64,000 bases of DNA, from positions 101,370,001 to 101,434,000 of the forward strand of contig NW_026262734.1 in assembly GCF_021869535.1 (NCBI RefSeq), read 5' to 3'. The notes beneath the pieces are model-generated. The model had not been told where the DNA came from. It did no database searches and saw nothing but the letters and a program-made list of their open reading frames with translations. The DNA is from Mytilus californianus. Taxonomy: Eukaryota. Positions 13,901-25,589 of this stretch are shown here, in pieces (within the stretch, counting starts at the first letter, position 1; each line of letters starts with the position of its first letter). The translations under genes were made by a program, and so were the position numbers.

Positions 13901-14815
13901 TGTTTAGTTATCCTCCTACAGTTTTAAAAATACACAATTAAAGTCTCAAACTATGATAATTCCTGACCTTTTAACATCATGCTAATATATGATAATTACA
14001 TCTTTAGACATATTGAATTTCTCAATTCGATTTCTTCAGCAACATTTATCTGAACGAAATAAATTGCATTTTATTTTACTCTGACTGAAACCCTGAAAAC
14101 CAAAGGCCTATGTTCTCTGTTATGCTGTTTAAATGTTATGTTAAAATAACTTTTGTAATAAAACTTTTCAAAACATTTGAAATTCGCATTATGAGGGATT
14201 TGAAAAAAACATAGTAAATTATGCGTGCCACTTGTGGAGCAGGATCTGCTTGTCCTTCTGGAGTACCTAAGAGCACCCCTTCCACAATTGTTTATATATC
14301 TTAGTGCAGTTAAGATGAATTATTCGACCAAAATTTAGATTTCTCATCTGTCACGTATAGGTGGTGCATGACGTATTTTTAAAAATGAAAATAAGATGGT
14401 ATAGTAAATTTGCCAATGAGAAAAATATTCACCAAAAAAACAAAGGGCATTGATATTATCAAATATAGATCAGTGAACGTCCTGAATTGCACATCACAGC
14501 TTTTTATTCACAAACTAATATACAGAAAATTCCTTTTAAACTATAATGAATAATAAAAAATAAAAGAAAAAAGAATTTAGTCAACTGTATTTTCACAAAA
14601 AGATACCAACACAGCTCAAAAAGAGCATGTGTACTGAAAAGTACAAATAAAGCAAAGAACACTGTATAAAGCATTGTTTTTATTCTGTTTTAGCAACAGT
14701 TGATCCTACCACCTTTCCCGCAAGAGCTTTGGCCTTTACAGTGGATATGCTATGTGCTTACTGCAGGGCTATAAATAATTATAATTGCCTTGTACACTAT
14801 GGTTGTCCACGGTAG
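10939..14815 (+). CDS. Gene A: secreted cationic cysteine-rich protein with three 4-Cys modules, 142 aa, join(10939..11035,12018..12113,13123..13236,14694..14815)
   Basis: All introns are GT..AG and phase 1, and the 429-nt join is open. Protein: MHKFVVLCVLVIVSTCIA-QKTKGRPKIVVKPKGISVNTDIEKCRTCSRYFKGDNRQLCNNLFCSKDKARKNLKSPQICSSCTRKFTILKKQQTCKEVFCAGPTTVDPTTFPARALAFTVDMLCAYCRAINNYNCLVHYGCPR*. The N-terminus is hydrophobic and signal-peptide-like. Paralog B has the same exon structure. Confidence 0.88.
12460..13030 (+). repeat. Dispersed/tandem repeat family R2 (GAAGCGCTTTTCTGGATTTACCTTCATCAGGAACGCTCAAAGCC), two tandem units in gene A intron 2
   Basis: Units start at ~12460 and ~12800. Other copies at ~13310-13500, ~53830-54060, ~20500-20830(-) and ~29400-29680(-). 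Confidence 0.8.
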
Positions 14816-15340
14816 ACGATTGTGTACCATAAGACAAACAAGCTAATCTTAAAATACTTTGTTTATAGTTCGTTAATCGTGGATAAAATTTATCTAAACT
14901 GTGCGGGTTTGTTATTATTTGTTTTAGTTTTACGCCATGTGCCGTCTTAATAGGCAAAGGTGGATCGGGGGAGGGGTATGGCCAATCGGATAAATATCTG
15001 CCTTAAGATTAAAGGACCCTCGAGGAATACAACTACAGGTCATTGGACCGTAGTCAAGAAAGAGAAAAACCCATAAGGTATATTTAGCTATAAAATTCCC
15101 GGGTAGCACATTGTGAAACAAACAAACTAACGTTATGGTCTAGGCCTATATGCAAAACGAAAAAACTGAATGAAAACTTTGTTAAAACAAAAGTCTTTTG
15201 AAGTCTTATATAAACGGAACGCACGTCTGGCGTGCCAAATTATAATTTTAGTATCTTTCAGCTCCCAAACTAGATAATATATTTTGTTGTTGCTATGCAT
15301 AATAAGTATGTTACTTATATGATTGTTAAAAAGCCTGCTC

Positions 15341-18300
15341 GTCAACTGCGTACAATGGGATGCAACTTTCATTGTACCTAATTGATAACGCCATGTACAA
15401 GATTTGCCTCCCTGCCCCCTTGCCCCCATTGTTACTTCATCCGGAGATCATTTTCCAGCCACATTTTATTATGTATTTGATATTTTTTTTATCCAATGTA
15501 AAATTAGAGAACTAGGAAACCTCCAGCTTATCTAAAGGATTTTATTCTATCTTCTTATGAAATGCATCAGTTTCCGACCTTGAAGATATTACCTCTGAAC
15601 ACATGGTTCAACTTCAGTCTTCTACACCAAAATATGAAGCAAGTGCTACCGTTCGTACAAAAATCCTACATCTACGAACATTGTGACATAACTGGACAAA
15701 CCAATTGAAGAATAAACAATTCAGATTAAAATATTGGAACGGAAGTTGTTGGCCGAACAACACGGGCTCTTTGTAGACAAGAAAACATCCGGTGTTGATA
15801 AAAAGACTTCAAGAATCAAAGCGAAGGACAATGGTAAAATTAAAATTAAAACATTAAAACTGGTAACCTTGAATCAGTTACGGGATACAGATAAGGTCAA
15901 CAAACAGGCTAAAGAGCTCAATCAGCACCTTTATAGATCAATCTTCAGATTCAGATTCTACTTCTTCAAGTGACAATGACGAGGATAAGAGTCAAGCCCA
16001 AATTAAAGGTAATGATTGACTATATGCATTGTTCAAAGACAAACAAAAACGTAACGCATTTTCGGGTGAAGCAAAGGCCGCTAAGGATCGGGTAACTTAC
16101 GATGTGTCATGGCCACATGAGCATGCCCAAACCAAATCAGTGAATTATTCGGATGAACACTTCGGACTCACACAGATTGTTAGAGGTGAAACATTTGACA
16201 TACATAACATAGAAGCCATAGCAATGCTCAGACAGAAGCATTTGATTAATCTGTTTTTTCTCGCCGGAAAATGGTCCTTTGCGGAGACAAAGGATTTTAA
16301 TGCCGTAGTTTTGCGTTCAAAAGAAGTCATAAAAATTGGTCTCATGTATTTTTAGAAGAACTAGGCCAAACTCTCCTTAAATTTTCATCTAAACTAACAG
16401 AAGAAGTACTCAACGATAAAGTTAATTGCAATCCCATTTGCGGCGCCTAATTATCAAGCGGAAAACTGTAGTCGTTCCGGGGATCATTTTGGAGCCTATG
16501 AAGACATGTTTGCAGGAAGTGCGTTCGTAAAGGCAAAGACTCAAGAAACTCGTCCGTTCGACATCCATTGAAGGATTGTCCGCATCATGAATGATGTTCA
16601 ACTTCAGTGCTACATTGTGCATCTGCTTAAATAATCAATAATTACATTCAGCATAATATCATGAAACCACCTGCTGTGCCAGGTGTGTACTATAATGAAT
16701 ATATCATTCGCAAAGAGAAATCATGTTCCTCTGGAAATGTGGGCGTGTTATTGTGTGATAATTTTGTGAAACCTCCTGCAATTCCAGATGTGATTGTTTC
16801 CCCTGATATTCAGGTGTGTACTTTAGTGAATTTACCATGTTTAAAGAAAAAATCATATTCTCCTGCAAATGCGGGCGTGCTATTGTATGGTCCTCAAAAT
16901 TTGTTTGGAATATCCTCTGCAAATAAGACAGACATTTTTATAGCAATATTTGTAATTTTGTGCTTAGAGTTGTGTTTATTTATGAAAATGATGCATATTT
17001 ACTGCAACCTTTATTATGTAGCACTGATTTTGACACTGTTATCAAAGATAACCATTGTTGTTGATGAAACTAATAATATACTTTTAGTTTTAAATGTTTG
17101 TCCTTGGTTTACGAAAACAGCAGGGTCTATAGACTATTTTCATATTACCGACTTTTTACTTAGAATTATATAATTTTTCGACCTAATCTGTGGTAGGACA
17201 TCCTGGAACTCAGTCAGGTAAGAGCAACCAAAAGAAGTAAAATTAAACATATAATCGGTGCAATTTGGGGGGAAAGTTTACTGTTTTCCGATTATTTTTT
17301 TGTGTATAGAAAAATATGAAACAGTTAATTTCCCCCGAAAATTCCACCGATTGAAAGCTTGATTTTACTTCTATACGTTGCTCTTACTTGGTCGAGTACC
17401 AGGATGTCCTACCAAAGAGTAGGGTATCTGTCGAAAAAATACTCCAGAGTCAAAAGTCGGTAATATGAAAATAGTCTACTGATTTTAAATATCGTTCAAA
17501 TTTAGTGAAATGGATATGAATATTTTTTCACGTGTTCGTGAAGCCGAATTTTAAGCATTCATGATTGTAAAATTCCAGTACGTTCTAATGTTTTAATATT
17601 CAATTTAGGGAAAACTTTTGGAAGATTATAGGACGGAATAAGAACATGTTGAATTTAGTACATCAACTATGGTGCTTGTGTATGAAAAGTAATGTTCAAT
17701 TGAGTGTGAGTTATATAGCATCTGTGGGAAATATGTTATCGGATTTGCTATCCGGTTAAAATCGGTCGGAGAAGAAGAAAACACAGTTCTTCATAAAATC
17801 TAATGTGTACAATTAAGATTTTGCTGAGAAAGATGTACCTAACCTAGTTACATGTTTAATGATGTCATCAATATCTAGGTGTGCATACATGATACATTTG
17901 TACTATTTTAGTATAATTAGTGATAAGTGTAACTATACTAACTAGTATTACATAGTTGTGTATCTAATTACTGTTGTCTTGTGACTTCCTGGTCTTTAGT
18001 CCAAAAGAGCAGTTTTACAGAAGAGGTCAAGCTTGCTAAAGGAGCAGCCCCTCGGTCTGGTATTTTTTCTAACCCGAAAAATCAACTCAATGCATACAAT
18101 ATATTTTGAGTGTTTTATAAATTTCGACCATTTATATTTTCCATTGTGTAAGGATGCCTTGTGTGCTAACGCAGGTTCTGTTAAAAACAAATATATCTGG
18201 CATGAGTACCTGGAGTCAACTGTTTGAGTTTGCTATGGACCTTTTTTTATCTACAGATTAGAAATTGAATTTAAGGGGATTGAGCCACAAGATTCAGTAT

Positions 18301-18717
18301 GTGGCCGTGTCAACATTGTCATTGTTTTACTTGACATTGTTAAGTTGTTGAATATATTTATGATTGTGTAGGTGCTTCTTTATGGCGTTTTCTAACGTTG
18401 GCATATTTCAATATGCTTAGTGCGTCGGATCTGGTCAGAAGCTCTCTGTCTTTTAATTTCCGGGGACAATTGAACAGGAAGAATGGTTTTGGTAGTCATA
18501 GGGCATCCTTCTTTTATTGAATTGGTCAAAGACTATACACGATCATGATTATGCACATGTTTTTTTCTTCTTCCCTATATTTGATTGCATTATTATAATA
18601 AAGCACCTTTCGCAAAACACTATTAGTTGTCGATTGCGTACAATGAGAGGCAACTCTCATTGTACCTAATTGATTACGCCATGTACTTGATTTGCGTCCC
18701 TTGTAACGTCATCCAGG
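15341..18717 (+). mobile_element. Tyrosine-recombinase retroelement (Ngaro/DIRS-like) remnant retaining ORF1
   Basis: 16029-16355 reads SGEAKAAKDRVTYDVSWPH...QIVRGET...RQKHLINLFFLA...FNAVVLR. This is followed by NYQAENCSRSGDH and HVCRKC...RHPLKDCPH (to ~16590), the gag-like and zinc-finger pattern of Ngaro ORF1. It is flanked by a ~100-bp imperfect direct repeat (15341-15446, 18629-18717). No RT or YR recognised. Confidence 0.6.
17181..17421. mobile_element. ~240-bp near-palindromic MITE-like element
   Basis: TGGTAGGACATCCTGG...GTAAGAGCAAC pairs with GTTGCTCTTAC...CCAGGATGTCCTACCA, with pairing over most of the length. Confidence 0.7.
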
Positions 18718-19603
18718 TTTTAGTTAACATGTGGTTTTAAGAAAGAAAGCATGTCCATGTTGTAATGTACTATTATATTATTTATTTATGTATTTCTCTG
18801 TGCTAAGTGTTCTGTTTGTACTGTATTCCTGTGACGTTGTGTTGTCATTTTAGCAAAATGTGTATGACCCCTCAACTAAAAGTTGGGGGCATATTGTTTT
18901 ACCCCTGTCCCTCCGTCCGTCTGTTCTTATTATTTACTTGCATAAAAGGTGCATAGGGTTTCCGGATTACTCCTCCTACAGTTTGAGTGCTAGGAGTGTT
19001 TTCACTTTGCTGGCTGTTTGTACATATATTGAAGGTATGCAGGTGGTCAGGGTTTTGATTTTAATTAATATTTGCTCTTTTGGGAGATAGTTGAAATTTG
19101 TCTTTTTTTGGAGTATATACTTGCATCAGAGGATAAATCCTCCTACAGTGAAAGATATACCTATGTGCTCTCATGCTCATCTTTGTGTATTTTAAAATAA
19201 CACTTTGCATCTGCTGGGGCATCATTTGTGTCTCCCAGACACCATTATATCTCAAAGCAAGTCCTACATTGACTTTGTTATAATACAGTTATTTCAGAGT
19301 GGAGTGCGGGGGCATCACTTTGTCTAGTTAACATTGCCATATAAGCGGGAGGTTTGGCTAGCCATGAAACCATTTTTTCTTAAAATATCCTGTGCCAAGT
19401 CAGGAATATGGCAGTTATTATCTACAGTCCGTTTCTATGTATGTTGGCGTTTGATTTTGTTGTAGTTCAGTGTTTCTATTGTTCCGTTGTTTGCCTCTTA
19501 TAGTTAATGTGTTTCCCTAATATTGTTAGCTTTATTAAGGTAGCTTTAAGATAATCTTCAGTGTCAGATTTATAAGCATAAACAAACTGTGTTTTTATTT
19601 AAA

Positions 19604-20010
19604 GGTCTCTTTGGTCATGGTGCATACCTATGTTCAAGGACTCTTCGGTCATGGTGAATACCTGTGAACATGATCTTTTTGGTTATGGTGCAAACCTGTG
19701 TTCAAGGTCACTTCGGTCATGGTGCATACCTGTGTTCAATGTCCAATCGGTCAATGAGTATACTTGTGTTCAAGGACACTTCGGTCATGGTGCATACCTG
19801 TGTTCAAGGTCTCTTCGGTCATGGTACATACCTGTGTTCAAGGTCACTTCGGTCATGGTGCATATCTGTGTTCAACTTGGTATCTTCGGTCATGGTGCAT
19901 CCCTGTGTTCACAGGCACATTTATTGACATGTAAATTAGTTTATTCAACAAACCTCGGTCATGGTGCATATCTGTGTTCAACTTGGTATCTTCGGTCATG
20001 GTGCATTCAT
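19604..20010 (+). repeat. Degenerate 34-bp minisatellite (GGTCACTTCGGTCATGGTGCATACCTGTGTTCAA), ~10 units
   Basis: The recurring core GGTCATGGTG is spaced ~34 bp apart, with some longer units. Confidence 0.85.
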
Positions 20011-21989
20011 GTGTTCACATGCACATCTATTGATGTGAATTAGCTTATTCAACAAACCCAACATTACAATTTCCTTTGCGAAATTATATACTAGTATCTA
20101 AAAACGTGCAAAAGCATGCGCCAAGTCATCTTTTAAAAAAGAGTCGGAAAATAATGAGAGAACCTTCAAAAATCGAAGATAAACCATTGACAAAAAGAAA
20201 GAAAAATGACAAAAAGACGAGCATGCCCTCAAAATACTATACAGAAAACTAAAGATTTAACAAAACGAAACCTACTAATACCGGGTTGAATTAAGGCTCT
20301 ATGGAAGGGTATATGCTGCTCCTGCTCCACAAGTGGCAACCGTCGTTAAATGTATTATTCCGTATATTAATCACTTTCTATAAATATCAATATTCCTCCA
20401 TATTCAACCTAAACGCACCAAATGTATAAAGTAGTATTTTCAATTACTAGCTCTAAATTCGGCTTATCTTTTCAGGTCTCTTTTGGTCATACGGCTTATT
20501 GCGTATTCGGGTTTTTATTCATCAACTTCTTTGAAATTTTTGATTTTGAGATTCATGATGAAGGCAAATCCAGAAATACTCTTCGGACGAACCAAAAACA
20601 TTTTTTTCCTTTTATGAGCAATGGGTCGATACCGCCGCTGGTTTACTGTTAGTCACCGAGGGTATCGTTCGCTCAGGAGTTTTTCGGTACCAAAATTTTA
20701 GTTTATTCGTTTGAAGTTCTTTTTTTGTCATATAGCTACTCACATATTTAGGTATTTTTTTTACATTCTCGCATTGAGATTTTTGGGTTTGCGCGTTCCC
20801 GATGAAAGTAAATCCTGACAAGCACTTTGGACGCACCAAATTTGAAAAGTATTATTTACATTTAGACCCGGTTTATGGTTGGGTTAGTGTTGCTCAGTCT
20901 TTAGTCTTCTATTTTGCGTTTTGTGTTCTGTTGTTTGTCTTTTTGTCATTTTTACCATGGCATTGTCAGTTTGTTTTCCGCTTATCAATTTGCATATCCC
21001 TTTAATTTCGTTATCAAGTGGTTTGAAAGAATTTGTCAACAGATATTTCCTAATTATTTATCAAGTTCATTAACGATATAAGTATTTTGATATAAAACAA
21101 GATACAAACATGATCAAATATGGTGCCGAATAGTAGTTCGTTCGATCCTGACACATAGCTTCATGGTAGGAACAGCTAGTTTAAACGATACTTTTCGTAG
21201 TCTACTACATGCATGTATGGAGTCAAGCTAGATTGTTATAACTTGGGTGTGAATTGTCATTAGAGCTACTTCGTAATTCCACCTGTGTGTTACTACTTTT
21301 TCGAGGAGCATTATTGCATTTCAGATTTTGATCCATTTTTTTTTTTAATTACGGAAGAGATATTGGTATATTGTAATGTCTTTGAGCTTGTAGTAGCATA
21401 TGTTATAGCAACTCGAACCCAAATCAAGATCATGGTCATGATTGATGATTGCCGGATCATCTGAAGTATTGTTGGGACCCGTAATATGATCATCTGAATG
21501 ATTATTGGGACATGTAATATGATCATCTGAATGATTATTTGGACACGTAATATGATCATCTGATGGATTGTTGGGACCAGTAATTACATTGAATTTTGAG
21601 ATTGGTTATTTAATGATTTTGATTAAAATAAGTAATAAGGGGTTCCCAAAGTAAGTGTGAAAAATAATACGTATTGTTTGAACAAGCTGTGTGAAAACAT
21701 AATAAAGATAAGTAATCTTTCAATTTTCAACGTCAAATCATTAAAGGTACGAAGTATGAAAACATAATTACTGAATTATAACATGTATAAGTAATTCAGA
21801 TATTTTTTTATTGCAGATAATTGTGCGAAAGGCAATATTATAAAATCCGATACGAGATGCTTAACTAAAAATAATTTATATGTTTACTAGTATCATAATT
21901 TGTTATTCTCAGCTCGGTTAATGTGTTGCTAATTTTGAAATATGCTAGAAACATCGGAAGCGATGTATATATATACAAGAAAAATTAAC

Positions 21990-22375
21990 CATTTATCATT
22001 CAATTCTGAATACTGTAAGAATGAAGAAAGAAGTTCTATTTTCCCCTCAGCTCGGTGGCGACAGAACAGTGCGAGTTTTAAAGGACGGTGAAAGTTTCCA
22101 GGTTCAGATTTATGAAGTCATGGAAAAATGAAGAACCAAGCCGTATTAAAGAACAAGCATTGAATCTATCCAGATGGAAGATTTTTAATGACAATATCAA
22201 GGTGGCGACGGATGCAGTAAGATAAATAAAGCGAGGAATGGAAGTTGAAAACGGATGGTGTTATTGCAAAGTTTGGACGAAATTAACTTTTGCATACCTG
22301 ATGAATTTGACGATATTGTGCCGTGCTATTTGTCCGCTGACCACCACAATCAGGAACGCTTTATAAGATGTAAAA
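21990..22375 (+). pseudogene. Small Polinton accessory gene remnant, possibly PC4-like ssDNA-binding
   Basis: Broken frames read LGGDRTVRV, LNLSRWKIF and CIPDEFDDIVPCYLSADHHNQ. These resemble small PC4-like ORFs that I recall from invertebrate Polintons. Not verified by search. Confidence 0.4.
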
Positions 22376-25300
22376 TTGCCATGTATGCACTGTCTGTGTC
22401 CATTTCTATGTACAAGAAATCTGACGTGTCAACATATCTTATCATAAAATCATAGTAAAACTCAAGCATCGTCATTTTAGCCTACTGTAGAATAAAGAAG
22501 CCTAATTGTATCGGTAGATCGAGAACCAGAATTTCCCGTGTTTTGGACATCTCAATAATAATTTTCTTGCTAAGGTCGCTGTCACCTTCCCGTCGTCTTT
22601 CGATGACTTGATCTACGAAGGTATTGGAACAGTTCATGGCGGAGAATTCAATAACCTGATGTATTTATGTGACTTGCATACCATGTATAAGAAACCATCG
22701 CAGTAGTACAGATCCTAAAAGTATTTTCCTAGCTTTCATACCTCCAATAAGTGAACGACGAGGTTTTTCTGACAGCCCTTGATCACTCGCGACATTTTGC
22801 GTGTGCTCCCCTATGCTTTCAAATGGAATATTAGTGTTGCAGAACAGTGGTGACATCTCTTTAAAATATCTAAACAGACTCATTTTGTTTCCTGAATGTT
22901 TTTTTTTCAGGTCGGTGGAACTTCGATATCTACTTCTAAAACACCAAACAGCATTCAGAATTTGTTTTACTGTGACATTACCTTTATTTTTCGTAAAAAA
23001 GGTAGACGATCCAGTTTGAATGTGGTTTTGTAAAGTTCGTTCTCTTTTTTGCAAACTTAAGTACTGACATTCCTAAATTTCTACAAGATTATATCCTTGT
23101 TCCCGGAAAACATGGATGTATTTTGTGTTCTTTTCAATTTGTGTGTCTTCTGTGCTCATTTTGAATGTTTTTCGTAAGACAGCAGTTGCGTCCATGATAA
23201 CAACCATGAAATTGATAGATGGTTGATGTTTCAGCACAACAGCCGTCTACTGGATATGATCCGACACGCTTCTCCATACCGTCGTTTAAATTGTGTTTAA
23301 TATCGCGATCTGTTATTTTCCGGAGCAAATCCAGTAATATGCGCTTATATATTTGTCGCGCACTTCGGGGACGAAATCGTTATCCTCTTTCCTTTTTATG
23401 TTTGTCCTGTTGGCTTTTGCTGGTTCAAAGCCCATAGATACAATGCAAATCTAACAATCTTTTTGCACGATTTTTCGGAGTTATTACGAATAAACGTTTC
23501 ATTCGTTTTAGCATGTCTGAAAAATATAATTGAAGGTCCGCCGACAATATTATTCTGAACTGTTTGATAAAGATCAATGTCATTTTGACTGAACAAAGAG
23601 TAGACTGCAACGCATTTTTTGCTGGATTGAACAATATTTCTCGTGGTATTCCCTATATTTACATTGCTACTTTGAAAATTTCTACACCGCGGTTGAAATA
23701 ATAGCAAACCATCCTTTCTGTTGCGGTTACGTAAGGCCAAAAATCAAAGTTATTGTGCCAGATGAGAAGACCGCGGATAGTCCTCATCTTTTACCTTTTC
23801 CACACTTCTTGACAGTACTAATACTCTTCTTCGCTTATGTTTGTAGCCTTCAGGTTACTGTAAAAAGCCGTATGAAGGGGTAATGTATGTTCATCAAGTT
23901 TTTTGGGTTCTGTCAAAAACTCGTAAGGAAAAAAATCCTTTATACACTTTCACATCGAATGCTTTCAGAAAGGCAGAGTATGAAGTACCTGTGGACAAAT
24001 AGTTTGTGATATCCAGAAATTTAAAATTTTCATTTCAAAATACAAGTGTAAGAGTTTATTTTCTTAATTATGACATTTGAACCCTCGAACAAGTTCATTT
24101 GTTCCAAAAAGTGTCTTTTCAAGAGATTCAAATCGTAGCGAGCAGAATTGAATCCGAGAACTGACACTTGTTGACAATACAGTTCAAATCGACCTTGCAA
24201 TTGACGTAGCGCGTTACACATTACAGCTCCATGGTCTTCCTAATGAGATATGGCGGAATCAAGTCATTCTAAAACGTCCTCCATCTCTCACATGCAAGCT
24301 CGTAATACGCAGCAGCGATCACCATGATGTAATTGATCATTTCACCTACTAAATTGCTGCAGTCGGGATTGATAAAACTTTTCGCTTGCTGATAACCATC
24401 AAGGTTAGAGCAAACACTTACAGAAATAGGACGGTGACAGGTTTCCTACTTGAGTCCTAATCCTTCAATCTCTTCATCTACAGGTTCTAGTATAAGTTCA
24501 CAATTAAAAACAATAAAGTATGAATACACCCGTTTTTACATGTCAACACCAGTTTCGTATTCTTCGAGCACATCAGAAATATTTTGTCTTGAACGATGAA
24601 ATCCACCCAGATAACTTAACGTTGTCTTATTCTAGCATTTTCTCTGATGTTGGATACATAGCAATGCACTGGTAAAGTAACGTTCGTATATTAGACATTT
24701 GTATTTGTTACTGTAGGCTTTCATCTTTGAAATATACAAGAAGTGAGAACAATGGAGGTTTAAGTTCATCGTATCTTCATATTGTGTCATGCACCTGCAA
24801 TGCAGCACTACAGTTCCGTCATCTCTTAGATTGTAAATTTTAACGTTTATATGAAAACATTGCTCAAAAGAGTGTCATTCACGTATGTTAATTCCAAGGA
24901 AGGACTTTCTGGAATGGGACCCACCTGTAAACTCCTTAAAACGTTTGAAAAACGATATTGCTGTTGATTCTCTTTTTTTTTTTTTTTCTCCATTGTGTAT
25001 GGCGAGACAACGGAATGCACACAAATTGTCCATATATTTCTTTCCTGTACTTTTGTTTTTGGTCAGATCTTATATGTTTTTATTGGAAATAATATATTCA
25101 GGCAGTTCTACGCCACCAGCTCCAAGCATGAAATTTGTTTTGAACACGATAATTTTCATATTCGTTAAAAAAAAATTTCCACTTATTGTTTTGTTTCTGT
25201 AACAATATGTATTCGTTAATGTCGATCTGATTCAGCAAACGTTTTATGTTTTTGTGAATATCAAATGGTCTCATTCTGGTCAGGGATGAAGTATCTCAGG

Positions 25301-25589
25301 TCATTTGTTTCAATACTCTGCAAAATGAGCCCAAAAGGAAATATTTAAACGGAAAGCCATCGGTTGACCACTATATATTCTGAGCGCTTCGGCCATTATT
25401 TCTTGGACGCTAATTTCATTTGCAAGAGGATACTGTAAGAGTTTTGGATTAAACTGACTTCATCTGGTGCCAATATAAACCTTGTATTTGCCTTGTTGTG
25501 TCCTCGAAAGTTTTGTTGCCATCATACGGCAGTGGTTTGTCCTCTTCCCATGGTGGTGTTTGTAATTTCAAGCCGCTACCTTCTTAATA

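Noticed and set aside
16661-17173. 170-aa ORF MKPPAVPGVYY...
   Set aside because: The first half is two imperfect ~105-130-bp direct repeats and the second half is AT-rich hydrophobic read-through. It lies inside the Ngaro-like remnant and has no domain I recognise.
21311-21559. ORF with repeated IIQMIIL(R/H)VP
   Set aside because: It is a translation of the 33-bp repeats in the Polinton left TIR.
21455-21590. 33-bp and 34-bp repeats as possible CRISPR arrays (also 19604-20010, 37771-37920)
   Set aside because: The units are contiguous tandem repeats without unique spacers, the context is eukaryotic, and there are no cas genes.
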